From Chiloscyllium plagiosum (Eukaryota), in assembly GCF_004010195.1 (NCBI RefSeq), contig NC_057749.1, positions 15,706,256-15,745,198 on the forward strand: a DNA stretch of 38,943 nucleotides. The letters run 5' to 3'. The stretch's first letter is position 1, and every line of letters starts with the position of its first letter. Under the pieces are notes generated by a model. The model was not told the DNA's origin. It worked only from the letters and a program-made list of their open reading frames with translations, and made no database searches. The position numbers were made by a program, and so were the translations under genes. Below, one piece after another: positions 1 to 13,300 of this stretch.

Positions 1-64
1 AGGGGAGAGAGAGAACGGGGGCAGGGGAGAGAGAGAACGGGGGCAGGGGAGAGAGAGAACGGGG
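1..64. repeat. 22-bp purine-rich tandem repeat (ggggagagagagaacgggggca), about 3 copies, cut by the window edge
   Basis: Exact 22-nt periodicity by inspection. Confidence 0.9.
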
Positions 65-432
65 TTGGGAAAGGCATGGGGAGCGAGAGAGACAAGTGGG
101 AGGGGAGTGCGTGCGGGGGGTGGAATCTGATCCAGCGTTCAGGCAGCACATGCACTTTCTGGAGGCCATTTACTCCGAGTGCTACATGCTCATGGCCCTA
201 CAGCCATTACCATGGCAACTGCCCTCCCTGCAGGGCACTGGGCCTTTCTCATGGGAGATGGTGTTAAAATGGATGGTAAAACATCACACCCAAACGCCAC
301 AGTTCCATTAAAATGTGACAGCAGCTGCTCATCACTGAAGGGAGGGTGTTAAAGCCTTCACAACCCAGAGAGCAGGATTCACCTCAGGAAGAGGTAGCTC
401 AACCCTTTCAGCTCCTTCCTAAATTTCCACAA

Positions 433-542
433 GTGTGCACGCACATGTGCATGGCTGTGTGCACGCATGTCTGTACACGTGCATGTCGATGCAAACGTGT
501 GTCTGAACGTGCATCTCTGTGGTGCAGTGCACATGTATATGC
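433..542. repeat. Degenerate alternating purine-pyrimidine tract (gtgcac/gcatgt units)
   Basis: Near-continuous RY alternation with short palindromes. Confidence 0.7.
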
Positions 543-633
543 CCAAATTTCCCTGCAGAGTTTGGAGCGAGGATAGACTTGGAAAATCAGTGATGCCTGC
601 CATAGTCAAAAGGCCTCTGGTTCTCAGTCGATG

Positions 634-969
634 ATTGATTAGATTAGATTAGGTTCCCTACAGCGTGAAAATGGGCTATTTGGCCCAAAATGTCCACACC
701 AACCCTCCAAAGAGTAACCCACCCAGTCCCATTCCCCTACCCTACATTTACCCCTGACTAATGCACCTAACATTATGGACAATTTAGCATGGTCAATTCA
801 CCCTGACCTGCACACCTTTGGGTTGTGGGAGGAAACCGGAGCGCCCGGAGGAAACCCACGCAGACACGGGGAGAATGTGCAAACTCCACACAGACAGTCA
901 CCCGAGGCAGGAATCGAACCCAGGTCCCTGGCGCGGTGAGGCAGCAGTGCTAACCACTGAGCCACCGTG
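634..969 (-). mobile_element. HE1-type tRNA-derived V-SINE, near full length
   Basis: Reverse strand shows A box (tggctcagtgg), B box (ggttcgattcc), central gtgtggagtttgcac..ggtttcctcc domain, HER1-like tail and (ctaat)n end. Confidence 0.92.
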
Positions 970-1128
970 GCACCCAGTTGGTCAGTTGTGGTGCGGTGCC
1001 AAGAGTTCAGTGAAGAGGAATCAGTCAGGGCTCAGGGGATGTTCGGACGTGGGTGGGATTGGGACGGGGAGATTAAAGTTGAACACGGGCGATTTGATCA
1101 GCGTCCTGCCTCCTGCCCGTGATCTTAC

Positions 1129-1338
1129 TTTCGAGACTGAAGACGGCTGAGTGGTTACCGTCCTCCTGGACCGGAGTCTCCAGCTGCATCCTCAGACAGA
1201 GTTTGCCATTGGCTGTGGCGGCTGAGGGGGACTCTGGGCTTGCCGTTCCTCGTACACTTCCCTCCGCTGTAACATCACTGGTTGCCATGGCATTGTCAGG
1301 CGTGACATCTGTCGTTGCTATGGCACGGTCTTCAAGCT
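1129..1338 (-). CDS. TP53BP1: 53BP1 exon 14-equivalent, ELEDRAIATTDV...GKLCLRMQLETP...FSLE (210 nt, phase 1->1)
   Basis: ttttgctcttcAG acceptor, AAA|GTAAGA donor; matches human IATSDV..DKLCLRMKLVSP..FNLE. Confidence 0.94.
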
Positions 1339-4300
1339 CTGAAGAGCAAAACAACAGACAAGAGGAATAGAAGGAGTTACTCTGTTGGATTTTAGCTCAG
1401 AAATGGATGGAGGTCCCTCCTCATCCTCTCTGACAGTGATAGTCATGGAGCTGTCTGTACCCAACACACTGCCTTTGTGCTAAAGCTTTCCAACAAACCT
1501 CAAGATGATCAAACGCAGTTATCCACTGGCCTCAGCAACGCTCTCCCTCTCTTGTGTCTGAGGCTCCAGTACCACGCCACAGACTCAAGCTTGGCATGCA
1601 GAGGAGCACTCCCAGTGCAGCGCTGAGGGACTGCTGCACCGTCACAGACCTCAGATCGTCTTGTTGCCCCCTCAGGTGGGCAACACAGATCTCTTGGTCT
1701 GTTCTGAAGCCCAGCTGTTCTCCGCAGTGAAGATTAGAGTTTTGCTGGAAAAGCACAGCAGGTCAGGCAGCATCCGAGGAGCAGGAGAATCAACGTTTCA
1801 GGCATGAGCCCTTCATCACATCTCCATGGCTCTCAGCCATGCTTGAATGTTGAAATAGGCTGGAGGCGCTGAATGGTCTCCTCCATTTCCTTTTGCCCGA
1901 AATGTCGATTTTCCTGCTCCTCAGATGCTGCCTAACCTGCTGTGCTTTTCCAGCACCACTCTAATCTTGACTCTAATCTCCAGCATTTGCAGGACCCACT
2001 TCTGCCCTGTTCTGCACAGTGCCCTTCTTTACCATGGTAGGAGTTTCCTTTTTCAACAGACACCAGCATGGGTGACTCAGTGGTTAGCACTGCTGCCTCA
2101 CAGCGCCAGGGACCCGGGTTCAATACCAGCCTCGGGTGACTGTCCGTGTGGAATTTGCACACTCTCCCCATGTCTGTGTGGGTTTCCTCAGGGTGCATTG
2201 GCCATGGGGAATTGCCCGTAGTGTCCAGGGATGTGCAGGCTGGGTGGGTTAGCCACAGTTAATGCGAGGTCACCGGGATATGGTGAGGGTCTGGGTCTGG
2301 GTCTGGGTGGGATGCTCTTTGGAGGGTCGGTGTAGACTTGATGGGCCAAATAGCCTCTTCCTGCACTCTGAGGGCTCTATGAGCTTTGAACCTGAGCACG
2401 ATCGATACAAGATCCATCACCAATGAATCCAATCGGGAATTCAGGACAGACAGGAGTGAATTGGGGCTGAAGTGAATCCAATTAAAGGGAAGGCCAGATA
2501 TACTCAGGAGGGAGAGGGGATTAAAAACTGGGTGCTGCTGATTGGGCAGGTTGAAGGGAGAAGGCTCAAAGGGCAGAATGGACTGTAAATACTGCTTCGC
2601 TGGGAACTTACCAATGGGAGTGCTGTGCCTGGGGCCTTGCTTCAACGAACCAATGAGAGGCGGGGTACCACCAACTATCGGCTGGATAACATCACCCTCT
2701 TTCGGTAATGTGAAGTGGAAAGGAATTTCTGGAGGGGGGCGGGGAAAGAGGGGAAAGACGAACATCCACAATTGGTTGTGTCAAAGGAGAACCACATCAC
2801 CCACAGCCTGTCACTGCCCCCAGCTCCAGCAGGTTTACCATCACTCCTCCTAATTGGAGGGGCCCTCGCCACACCCACACACGCACACGCCTACTTCTCC
2901 TTCCTTCTGGAAGTTTCCAACTGTCCCCTCCTGAAAGACTTCCGAAAGGCACGGCCTCAGGTTATCCCCTCATTCTGCCCCTTTCCCACAGGCAAGCGCA
3001 GCTATGGGTGGGGAACCCTCACTCGACCCAGAAGCACTGAATTCTTACAGACACGGCTGGGACAGGCACAGTGGGCTGAATGGCCTCCTTCTGCACCCTC
3101 TGGACAGCAGGATCAAATGGGAGCTACAGCTAGTGCACCAGGCCAGCTCAGCCAGCTTCAAACAGATCGACTGCTTCCCCACCACTGGCTCTGCAATCCC
3201 GTGCCAATCTCTAGCCGTTTCCCCATATCCCTATCACTATCCAAAACAAATCCAACCTCCGGATGCCTCAATCGAACCTGCCTCCACCACATTTCCACGC
3301 AGTGCTGTCCACACCCTACCCACTCACTTTGCTCACTGCACAGCTCATGCCAGTGTCTGGGTCCATGTGTGTTTGATTTGATTTGATTTATTATTGTCCC
3401 ATGTACCTAGGTACAGTGAAAAACCTTGCTTTGCATGCAGTACAAACAGATCATTCTCATAAAAAGTGCATTAGAGAAATAGGCCAGAGCGAGGAATACA
3501 ATGTTACAGCTGCAAGGAAGGTGCACAGAGTGAGATGCCCCTTCAAAAGACTAATAACAGCAGGGAAGAAGCTGCTCTTGAATCTGTTAGTACGTGTGTT
3601 TAAACTTTTGTATTTTCCACCTGATGACAGAAGAGGTTGCAAGAGATTATTACTGGGGTGGGTTGTGTGTGCATGTGTAAAAGAGAGAGAGACAGACGAT
3701 AGACAATAGACAATAGGTGCAGGAGTAGGCCATTCAGCCCTTCGAGCCTGCACCGCCATTCAATATAATCATGGCTGATCATTCAGTCTTTCAGTGTAAG
3801 GTAATCCTGCCATTCCAGGAATTGACCTCGTGAACCTACGCTGCACTCCCTCAATAGCCAGAATGTCTTTTCTCAAATTTGGAGACCAGAACTGCACACA
3901 GTACTCCAGGTGTGGTCTCACCAGTGCCCTGTACAGCTGCAGAAGAACCTCTTTGCATTGTTGCCATCTTGGATCCCCTTACTTGTCCAATTTAATGTGT
4001 CCCTGCAATTAGAGTCATAGAGATGTACAGTACAGAAACAGAACCATTGGTCCAACTGTTCCATGCCGACCAGATATCCTAACCTAATCTAGTGCCATTT
4101 AGCCCATATCCCTCTAAACCCTTCCCAATCATGTACCCACCCGGTTTAATTTAAATGTTGTAATTATACCGGCCTCCACCACTTCCTTTGGCAGTTCATT
4201 CCACACTCGCACCACCCTCTGCATGAAAAACTTGCAACTTAACTCCCTTTTAAATCTTTCCCCTCTCATTGTAAACCTCATAGAGATGTACAGCATGGAA

Positions 4301-7300
4301 ACTGACCCTTCGGTCCAACTCATCCATGCCAACCAGATATCCCAACCTGATCTAGTCCCATCTGCCAGCACCCAGCCCATAGCCCTCCAAACCCTTCCTA
4401 TTCACATACCCATCCAGATGCCTTTTAAATGTTTTAAACCTATGTCCTCTTGTTTTGGATTCCACTACCCTGGGGAAAAGACCTTGTCTATTTACCATAT
4501 CTGTGCCCCTCATGATTTTATAAACCTTTCAATTTTCAATTATAATCAATATTTGCCTCTATGTGAATTTTCAATAACAGCAACATTTTATCTTGCAGCT
4601 GAGCCAAAATTGATTCGTGCGGATTAAACATGGACTGCTTGGGTAGAATTGTGCACTGTAGTTAGTTTTGGTTGGAGATGTTTCCTTTCAAACAGATGCT
4701 ACAGCTATGGATTGAATGTTGTGTGAATTCTGAATCAAATCTATTGCTGAAGCCAGCTGGACTAGACTCCCTGGGAGTAATGTGGAAACGGAGAGTGAGT
4801 GTGTGCGTGTGTGTGTGGAGAGAGTGTGTGTGTGTGTGTGTGGGAAAGAGAGAGAGAGAGAGACAAGGAGGGGGAGAGCAAAGAGAGGTTTGTAACGATC
4901 CTATCCCCCCTTTCCCCTGCCTAGTCCGCATTCTCCAAGCACAGACTGCGTTTACCTCAGCTCCTCCCCAGCTTTCTCCACCCAGGGTGTTGCCCTCTGA
5001 CCCCCTCCATCCAGACTGTTTTACTTTCAGCTGCTCTTCCTTCCACAGAATGTTGGCATCCTCAACAATCCTGGTGTTTAAGACCCATCCGAAATAGGAA
5101 CAGCAGTAGGCCACTCAGCCCCTCGAACCTGCTCCACCATTCAACAGGATCATGGCCCACCCAACACTCTTCGCATCCATTTTCCTGCAATTTCCCCGTA
5201 ATCCACAATTCCCCAACTCGCCCTTTAACATACACAGGGACTCTGCCACCATAGCTCTCTGCAGCACAACCTTAACTGTTGCCCATCTCTAACTACCCTT
5301 GAACTGAGTGACTTGCTCAGCTATTTCAGAGTCAACCCCATTCGCGTGTTTGGAGTCATGTGTAGGCCAGGCTGGGTAAAGAGGGCAGATTTCCCTCCCT
5401 GAAGGGCATGAGTGAACCCTGCAGGTTTCTAACCAGCTCCAATGGTGAGATTCTAAGGCCTGAGGATTACTGACCCAGAAGCTGTGCCAACCTCATTCAC
5501 TAAAGTGTCAGCGCTCACGTGGCATCACTACAGCGTACCTACCACCAGAACTGTCCAGAAGGCTCTTGGCGGACTGCTCCGATTGTGGAACATCTGCCAA
5601 TCCCGTGCTCCGACTCTGCTCATCAGCTTCCACCTCCGGCTTCGGAGGTCCCGTTATCGGGCCAACGCCACGGGGTTTTGGGAATTCCGTGGCCTCAAGT
5701 TGGTGGTTCTGTCCCCCTGGGTAACTCCGGTCGTGTCTCGGGCTCTGGCCGCTCACGTTCTTCGGATCCATCAGGGAGGCCCGATCTTTAGGCTGCACCT
5801 TCGGTTCGGCCTGATCTCCAGCCTGCATCTTGATGACCAGCTTTGCCTGGAGATGCTTCCCGGGCTCAGCCGTACCGACGGCCGGTGAAGGCGGCAGCTT
5901 GCTGTCGATGGGGCGAGCGTCGCGGTCTCCTGGAGACGCTCTGTGGAGTTTCTCCGATATCAGCAGGACCCCCTCCAGCGGTTTCGGCCGCACCATCACA
6001 ACCAGCTCCCCGCCCTCCTGCCGACTCCCGCCAACGGCCCCAAGGCTCCGGGAAACAGTAGCTGCCCCCTCGCCCTCCCTGCTTCGGAAACGTCCAGAAT
6101 TTGTAACAGGAGGCTCCGGGGACTCAGAACATTCCGGTTCAGCGGAGACTGGGGCCCTCGCCTCACTGGGGCTCTCCTTTAATCCCAAGTCAGACGGAGC
6201 GTCCAGCTCCTGCTCCATCAGCTCCTCGTCCTCCTTCGGTCGTGATGTCTTGCAGAGTGTCTCAGATTGTGCAGCTTCGAGAAGGAGGGTCACTCCTTGG
6301 ACAGTCCCACTCCCGTCCTCTTTGACAGTTCGTCTCACCTCGTGCTCCTCCACTCTGGGAGCCCCGGGTCCACCCTCTGCCTCACACATCGACATCTCCT
6401 TCACCGCTGCTCCTTTCACCAGGAGGACGGGTTTGGGCGGGTCCCCGTGGGGAGAGCTGGGGCGAAGGAGGGGAGAGGGGGGCGACACTCTGCTCGATTG
6501 CTCAGATCTGCCGGGCGCCTCACCCGCAGCTAGCTCACCCGCACTGTGTTTGACATCCGGCCCCTCGGCAGCACTTTCCGGAGCATCTGTAACCGCGGCT
6601 CGATGGCTGGGCTCTTGGCTCTCTCCCGTCAATCGGAGGTGAACGCTGTGGTTTCCCTCAGACTCTCCTTTCACGGTGGGATCTTCACCAGCTCCTCCTT
6701 CGATCTGCGTGGCCTGGCTATCCTCCTCAGCCTGGGACTCACTGTCGTCCGTCTCCATCAGCTGCAGGCGCTCGCTGGCCGACAGTCTCAGTTCAAAAGG
6801 CTCCCCGGCCCCATCGTCGTGTTTCTTAAACCCCCCAAGGTCTGAGCTCCCAGTCCGTCCTCGGTCTTCCCTCTCCCCCATCGCCTCTCTGTCCTCGGGT
6901 ATGCTAGAGGGGTTTCCCTTCAGATCCACAGCAGACGTGACCCCTCCACCATGGCCACTGCCTTCTCTCAGGCTGGGTGTGGGCACGAAAATATCCTTCA
7001 AAAACAAACACACTGCAGTTACTTCGCCGACTAGAGAAACCCGTAACTTGGACAAAATACAGCAACAAAAACACAACCATTCCGACGGAGGGTCACTGGA
7101 TACGAAACGTTAACTCTACATCCCTCACACCCTCCTGTCTCAGAGACAATGCTGTCCCTTCTTCCTCCCTCCTGTTCCTTTATGTGGTACCTGTTCGTTA
7201 AACGAGATATTTTATCCAAGTTACACACTTAACAAAAAAAAAAGGACAAACTTCAGGCGCTGGAAATCAGAAAAAAAAACAGAACCATTCTGAAAGGGTC

Positions 7301-10300
7301 ACTGGACCTGAAAAGTTACCTCTATACTGTATCTCTCTCCACAGACACGGCCAGGCCTGCTGAGTTCCTCCAGTAATGTCCATTCTTGTTTCTGATTTCC
7401 AGCATCCAAAGTTCTTTACTTTTTTTGTGCTTAGTGGCTAAATGTTGCGTGCAATCTGGTCCTTCCGATAGGAAGGATGTTGTGAAACTTGAAAGAGTTC
7501 AGAAAAGATTTACAAGGATATTGCCAGGGTTGGAGGATTTGAGATATAGGGAGAAATTGAATAGGCTGGGGCTGTTTTCCCTGGAGCAATGGAGGCTGAG
7601 AGATGACTTTATAGAGGTTTATAAAATCATGAGGGGCATGGATAGGGTAAATAGGCCAAGTCTTTTCCCTGGGGTGGGGGAATCCAGAACTAGAGGGGCA
7701 TAGGTTTAGGGTGAGAGGGGAAAGGTCTAAAAGAGATCTAAGGGGCAACTTTTTCACGCCAAGGGTGGTACGTGCATGGAATGATCTGCCAGAGGATGTG
7801 GTGGAGGCTGGTACAATTGCAACATCTAAAAGGCATCTGGATGGGTATATGAATAGGAAGGGTTTGGAGGGATATGGGCCGGGTGCTGGCAGGTGGGACT
7901 AGATTGGGTTGGGATATCTGGTCAGCATGGACGAGTTGGGCCGAAGGGTCTGTTGCCGTGCTGTACATCTCTATGACTAACTCGGATAAAATATCACGTT
8001 TGACATACAAATACCGCAGAAAGGAACAGGAGGGAACAAGGAGGGGACAGCATTGTCTCGGAGGCAGGAGGATGTGAGGGATTGGAGTTCAGAATGCAGG
8101 TTAAAACAGCACTGCCCAACAGCGACAGTGCTGCTCTGTCAGTTATGCCATCATTCAGCTAAGATGTACCAACTTCTGAATTGTCCCCGGGGACCTGGTT
8201 AAAAAAAGAATCCCAATCTCAAAGAATAGCAGGGAGTTTTACCCAAATGTCATGACAAATATTTATCCATCATCTCACATCCAAAACAAGCTCATACAAT
8301 GACTACTAAGTCATTATAGCACAGACAAAGACCATTTGACCCATTGTGTCTGTGCTAGCCCACCTGGGCAGCAATTCATGTCAAAAGCAAAGATTAATTT
8401 CCTCACTGACAGGAAGGGGGCTCCCTTGTGCGATTTGGTTGCCATGTTACAACAGGAACTACATTTTTATTTTAAATTTAAAAACGCATGTTCAGGAGGA
8501 CACTCAACCCATCAAACGTGTTCCATTGTTTCGTGAGATCATGGCTGACTTCTACCTCCGGGCCATTTACTTCTCTTTGCCCTCCACAGCCCCGATCCAA
8601 CAAAAATCTCATCATTCCAAGATTTGGAAGCGCCAACAGAACTTGGAATAAAATTAACTGCAATTCGCCCACTATTAACGCTGGGTAAATGATGTTCAAA
8701 GAGGCTGGATCAGTTAGATCTATAGAGTTTACAGGAATGAGGGGAATCTCAGAAGAATCCTATAAAAATTTAACAGGACTCGACAGGGTAAACACACAAA
8801 GGACGGTCCTGGTGACCAGAGTGTCGAGGATCAAGGGTCTCTCCCTCAGGATAGAGGTTCAGACTAAGATAAGGAAGAGTAGGCCATTCTGGACTGAGAT
8901 GAGGAGAGCCTTCTGCCCAGACAGAGTGAGCCTGTGGAATTCACTGCCACAGGCAGCAATGGAGACCGAAAAAACAGAACATTTTCAAAAATGAGTTAGA
9001 TATTGTTCTTGGGTTTAAAGGGATCAAAGGGTATGGGGGAGAAAGTAGGAAAAGGCGACTGCGATTGCACAATGAGCCACGGTCATACTGAATGGCGGGG
9101 CAGACTCGAGGGGCTGAATAGCCTCCTCCTGCTTCCTTATTGCTGTGTAAACCGACGAGTGATTTGGGGCCAATATGGGGTGTCCTGTGGACAAGTAATC
9201 ACCACAAACCATTGGACAACTCGTAGCCATTTCACCACCAGCTTCCTGAAAACAGGACGTCACAGTGGTTAGCACGGACGCCTCACGGCGCCAGGGACCC
9301 AGGTTCGATTCCAGCCTCGGGTCACTATCGGCGTGGAGTTTGCACATTGTCCTCATGTCTGTGGGGGTTGCTCTGGGTTAGGTGGGTTAGCTATGGGAAA
9401 CGCAGTAGGGGAGGTGTGTCTGGGTGGGATGCTCTTCAGGGGGTCTGTGCAGACTCAGTGGGCCGAATGGCCTGCTCCCACACTGCAGGAATTCAATTTG
9501 ATCACAACAACCCTGTCAGAGCCAGGGGGTTCCTGCATTTCTGCCCTAGATACAACTTCAACCCTCCGTAAAAACAGTTATTTGATCAAGTGGCTTTTTA
9601 CAGTCAAATTTATGATCCTGAGGCATCACCAATCTCTCTGCAGCTAAACAGGGGGCCACAGAGCTTTGTAAAACCCTGAACAAGCCCCGATCACTTACAT
9701 GGGAGAGGTCTGGCAGCGAAGGCACAGGGAGCAGCTGTCCAGCTGTGAAAGCGGGAATGCTCTCAGATACTGGAGTCGATGCCTGTGGAGCTCGGAGGGA
9801 AGCGCGCTCAGTCTGCTCCACCGGCTGGTCCATTTCCATTGGCTCCTCCTCCTCACATGGAGCTTTCCCCGATTGGCTGGTAAGTGGCACGGAGGTATCC
9901 ATTGGCTCCTCTGCTGGAACAGAATCACGGAAAACATTTCTCTCAGCTGGACGCTTGCACTCTTGCTCATTTCCATTTCCCCCTCGGAATTTGGAACAAT
10001 GGCAGATTTTATTTTAGATCACTCAAAGTAAAACACACTTCATCATGGATACCATTTCATCTGATCCAGCATCTATCTAACCCCATGCTGTCCCTGTCCT
10101 GGGAGTGTTTGATGGGGACAGTGTAGAGAGAGCTTTACTCTGTATCTAACCTCATGCTGTCCCTGCCCAGGGAGTGTTTGATAGGGACAGTGTAGAGAGA
10201 GCTTTACTCTGTATCTAACCTCATGCTGTCCCTGCCTAGGGAGTGTTTGATAGGGACAGTGTAGAGAGAGCTTTACTCTGTATCTAACCTCATGCTGTCC

Positions 10301-13300
10301 CTGTCCTGGGAGTGTTTGATGAGGACAATGTAGAGGGACCTTTACTTTCAACTTAAAAGAGTCGAGGGAGCTGTCACTCTGTGTCCTTTATAACAAAGTG
10401 CATCACCTCACACTTCTCCATATTTCATTTTATCTGCCTATTATCCACCCACTTTCTTCTCACCTTCTGAAGTTCCACACCTCACAGTTTACAATTCTCC
10501 CATTCTTCACACTCTCAGATACAATAAACCGAATTAAAACTGCGGTTCACGATGACCATGTTAATAAAGATCCTGTGCCCAGTGTGGCTCTGAGCTGTCA
10601 GAATAAAACAGTTCCCCAGTCCATGCAGTTACTTAGGCCTTAGTGAGACACAGATATTGTTTAGGAGAAAGTGAGGACTGCAGATGCTGGAGATCAGAGC
10701 TGAAAAATGTGTTGCTGGAAAAGCGCAGCAGGTCAGGCAGCATCAAAGGAGCAGGAGAATCGATGTTTTGGGCATAAGCCCTTCAGAGCCCAAGACCAGG
10801 TAGGTTTCAGGTCAGTCAGGATTCCTTTTCTAGAGACTACAGAGACATACAGCACAGAAACAGACCCTTCGGTCCAACTGGTCCATGCCGACCACGTTCC
10901 CAAACTTAACTTATCCCACTGTCTGCATTTGGCTCATATCCCTCCAAACCTTTCCTATTCGTGACCTTATCTAAAAGCTATTCAAATGTTGTAACCATAC
11001 CCACAACTGCTACTTTCTTTGGAAGTTCATTCCATACATGAACCAATGTGTAAGAAAATTGTCCCTTATATCCTTGTTAAATCTTTCTCCTCTCATCATA
11101 AAATCATGCCCCCTAATCTTGAAATCCCCCCACCCTAAGGAAAAGATACCTACCACTGACCCTGTCTTTACCACTCATGATTTTATAAACCTCTACAAAG
11201 GTCACCTCTCAACCTCCAGTGAAAGGTGTCCCAGTCTATCTCAAAGTCTTCCACACCCAGCAACATCCTGGGAAATCATTTCTCAACCTCCTGCAGATTA
11301 ATAATATCCTTCCTATAACAGGGTGACCAGAACCGGACACAGTATTCCAGAAGAGGCATCACCAATGTCCTGTACAACCTCAGCATGACGTTCCAACTCC
11401 TACACTCAAACGTCTGAGCAAAGAAGCCAAGTGAGCTACAAGTTAGCCACCCTGTCTACCTGTGACTAGCCACAGACTACTGTGCATGAGTAAAGCATGG
11501 AACAAAACTGGGACTCTCAGCATCAGATACACCACAGATATTTGCAGGAAATGTCAATGGAGATATGAACTGGGAATTACTGGGTTCTGTGGAACTGCAC
11601 CCCAACACCATGATCCCCCAGGATTTTGCAGAGACTGGGATACGGAATACAGTTCAGATCATCATAATTAAGGAAGAATACACCTGTGTTTAAGGTAGTG
11701 CAGGAGAAAGTGAGGACTGCAGATGCTGGAGATCAGAGTCGAGAGAGTGGTGCTGGAAAAGGATAGCAGGTCAGGCAGCATCCAAGGAGAATCGACATTT
11801 CGGGCATAAGCCGTTCATCAGGAATCAAGGACCTATTGTGCTTTTCCAGCACCACACTCTCGACTTTATGGTGGTGTAGCCCTGGTTCCCAGGGATTGTC
11901 ATGTTGAGAAGCCGAGCCAGTTAGATCTATCATCCAGCTCAATTCCAGAGTACAGGCAGTGAAATGTATGAGAGTCTGAAAGGGGTTTCACAAGACAGGC
12001 AGAGAGAGAACTTTCCTACTGATTGGGACATGGACTCAGATGGAACTGATCACTCAGGACTGAGATGAGGAGAGAGTTCTTCAGTCAAGAGGTTTGTGAA
12101 TCTTTGGAGTGCTCTCCCCCAGAGAGCTCTGGATGTCCCATTGCCGACTACACTTAGCGCGGAACAAATGGATTTTGGTCTCTCGAGTAATTTGAGGGAA
12201 ATGGGAAGTGGGCGGGAACGTGCAGGAGTGTGTGTGTGCGCACACATATAGGTTGTGGGATGGGACTCTAATCGACAATCTATCCTCAATAACCTCCAAC
12301 AAATCACTCCTTGGTCTCAAACTGCTACAGACAACAAATCAACTGCAATGATACAAGATGGAGGCTCATCACCACCTTCTCAAGAAGAAGCAGATGTTCA
12401 CTCTCGCTTTCAAATCCCTTCAGAGCCTCTGGCCTCTCTCCCTCATCCCCCAGCTCCACAATTCTCCGCACACCTCTAACTCTGGCCTCTGACGCATCCC
12501 TAATTATCATCGTCACTAATGGGAGGCTGTAGCCCGAAGCTACAAAATTCACTCTCACTTCCCTACTTTAAGACACTTCTTAAAGACCTCTGTAGTCAAG
12601 CGTTTGGTCACCTGACCGAGTCAATGCCTCCCTGTCATATTTGGTTTGACAGTACTCCTGCAAAGCGCCTGGAGACATTTCACAATGTCAAAAGGTGCCA
12701 CATAAATACAAGTAGCAGTTGTTGTTGTAAGCACAGAGATCCTCTCAATCAGCTGAAGCAAAAAGGACGTTCTGAGGCAGAGGGTGGTTACAGGTCAATA
12801 TTCCCCTGCCCATCACCGTTACCTAAATCTGGGTCTTGCTTGGTCGGGCTGTTGGGAACAATGATAGGGGTTGGTCCGAAGGACTCCTGGGATGGGTCAA
12901 TCACATTACTGGAACTTCTGTGAAAAGAATCAGCACTTTGTTAGGAATTACAGACAGATATTAACGCTTTTACCAGCAAAACGTCTCTAGGCGATCAACT
13001 CTGAGGCCTCACGCACAGCCCATTCCCACACCCTGCTCCTATACCGGACAGTTCCAGGAAAAGCCGTTGCCCTGGAGACGGCCAGAATTCGGCCTGACTG
13101 GCGGTCATGCCTCAGCGGCCTGGGGCCCAAGCTCTGGAATACTCTCCCTAAACCCCTCCTCCTCTCTGCCTTTCTGACATTTCTCAAAATAATAACTACA
13201 AAGTCATTACAGGTATCCCCCACGTTTCAAAAGTTTGCATTATGCCACCACTTCACTGACATTAGTACCTGTTTTTGCTAGCCAAAAGGAATCCAAAGAG

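Noticed and set aside
65..633. Next 53BP1 exon (exon 15-equivalent)
   Set aside because: The AG candidates I tried (near 240 and 420) reach stops in phase 1; the exon probably lies beyond the window.
2715..3386. 223-aa plus-strand ORF
   Set aside because: No ATG start, crosses repeat tails and an antisense exon edge, and has no recognisable homology.
4956..5070. Possible extra minus-strand exon (IVEDANILWKEEQ...GGAE) with AG and GT ends
   Set aside because: Its open frame is phase 2->0 and cannot join exons 12 and 13, which already splice in phase; poor pyrimidine tract and no 53BP1 similarity.
5830..6642. 270-aa plus-strand ORF and neighbouring ORFs at 5484-7113
   Set aside because: Antisense shadows of the GC-rich exon 12; Ser-rich with no recognisable domain.
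10072..10348. Regular repeats resembling a CRISPR array (also 19097-19316 and 31505-32365)
   Set aside because: Head-to-tail units with no unique spacers, no cas genes, and a vertebrate context.
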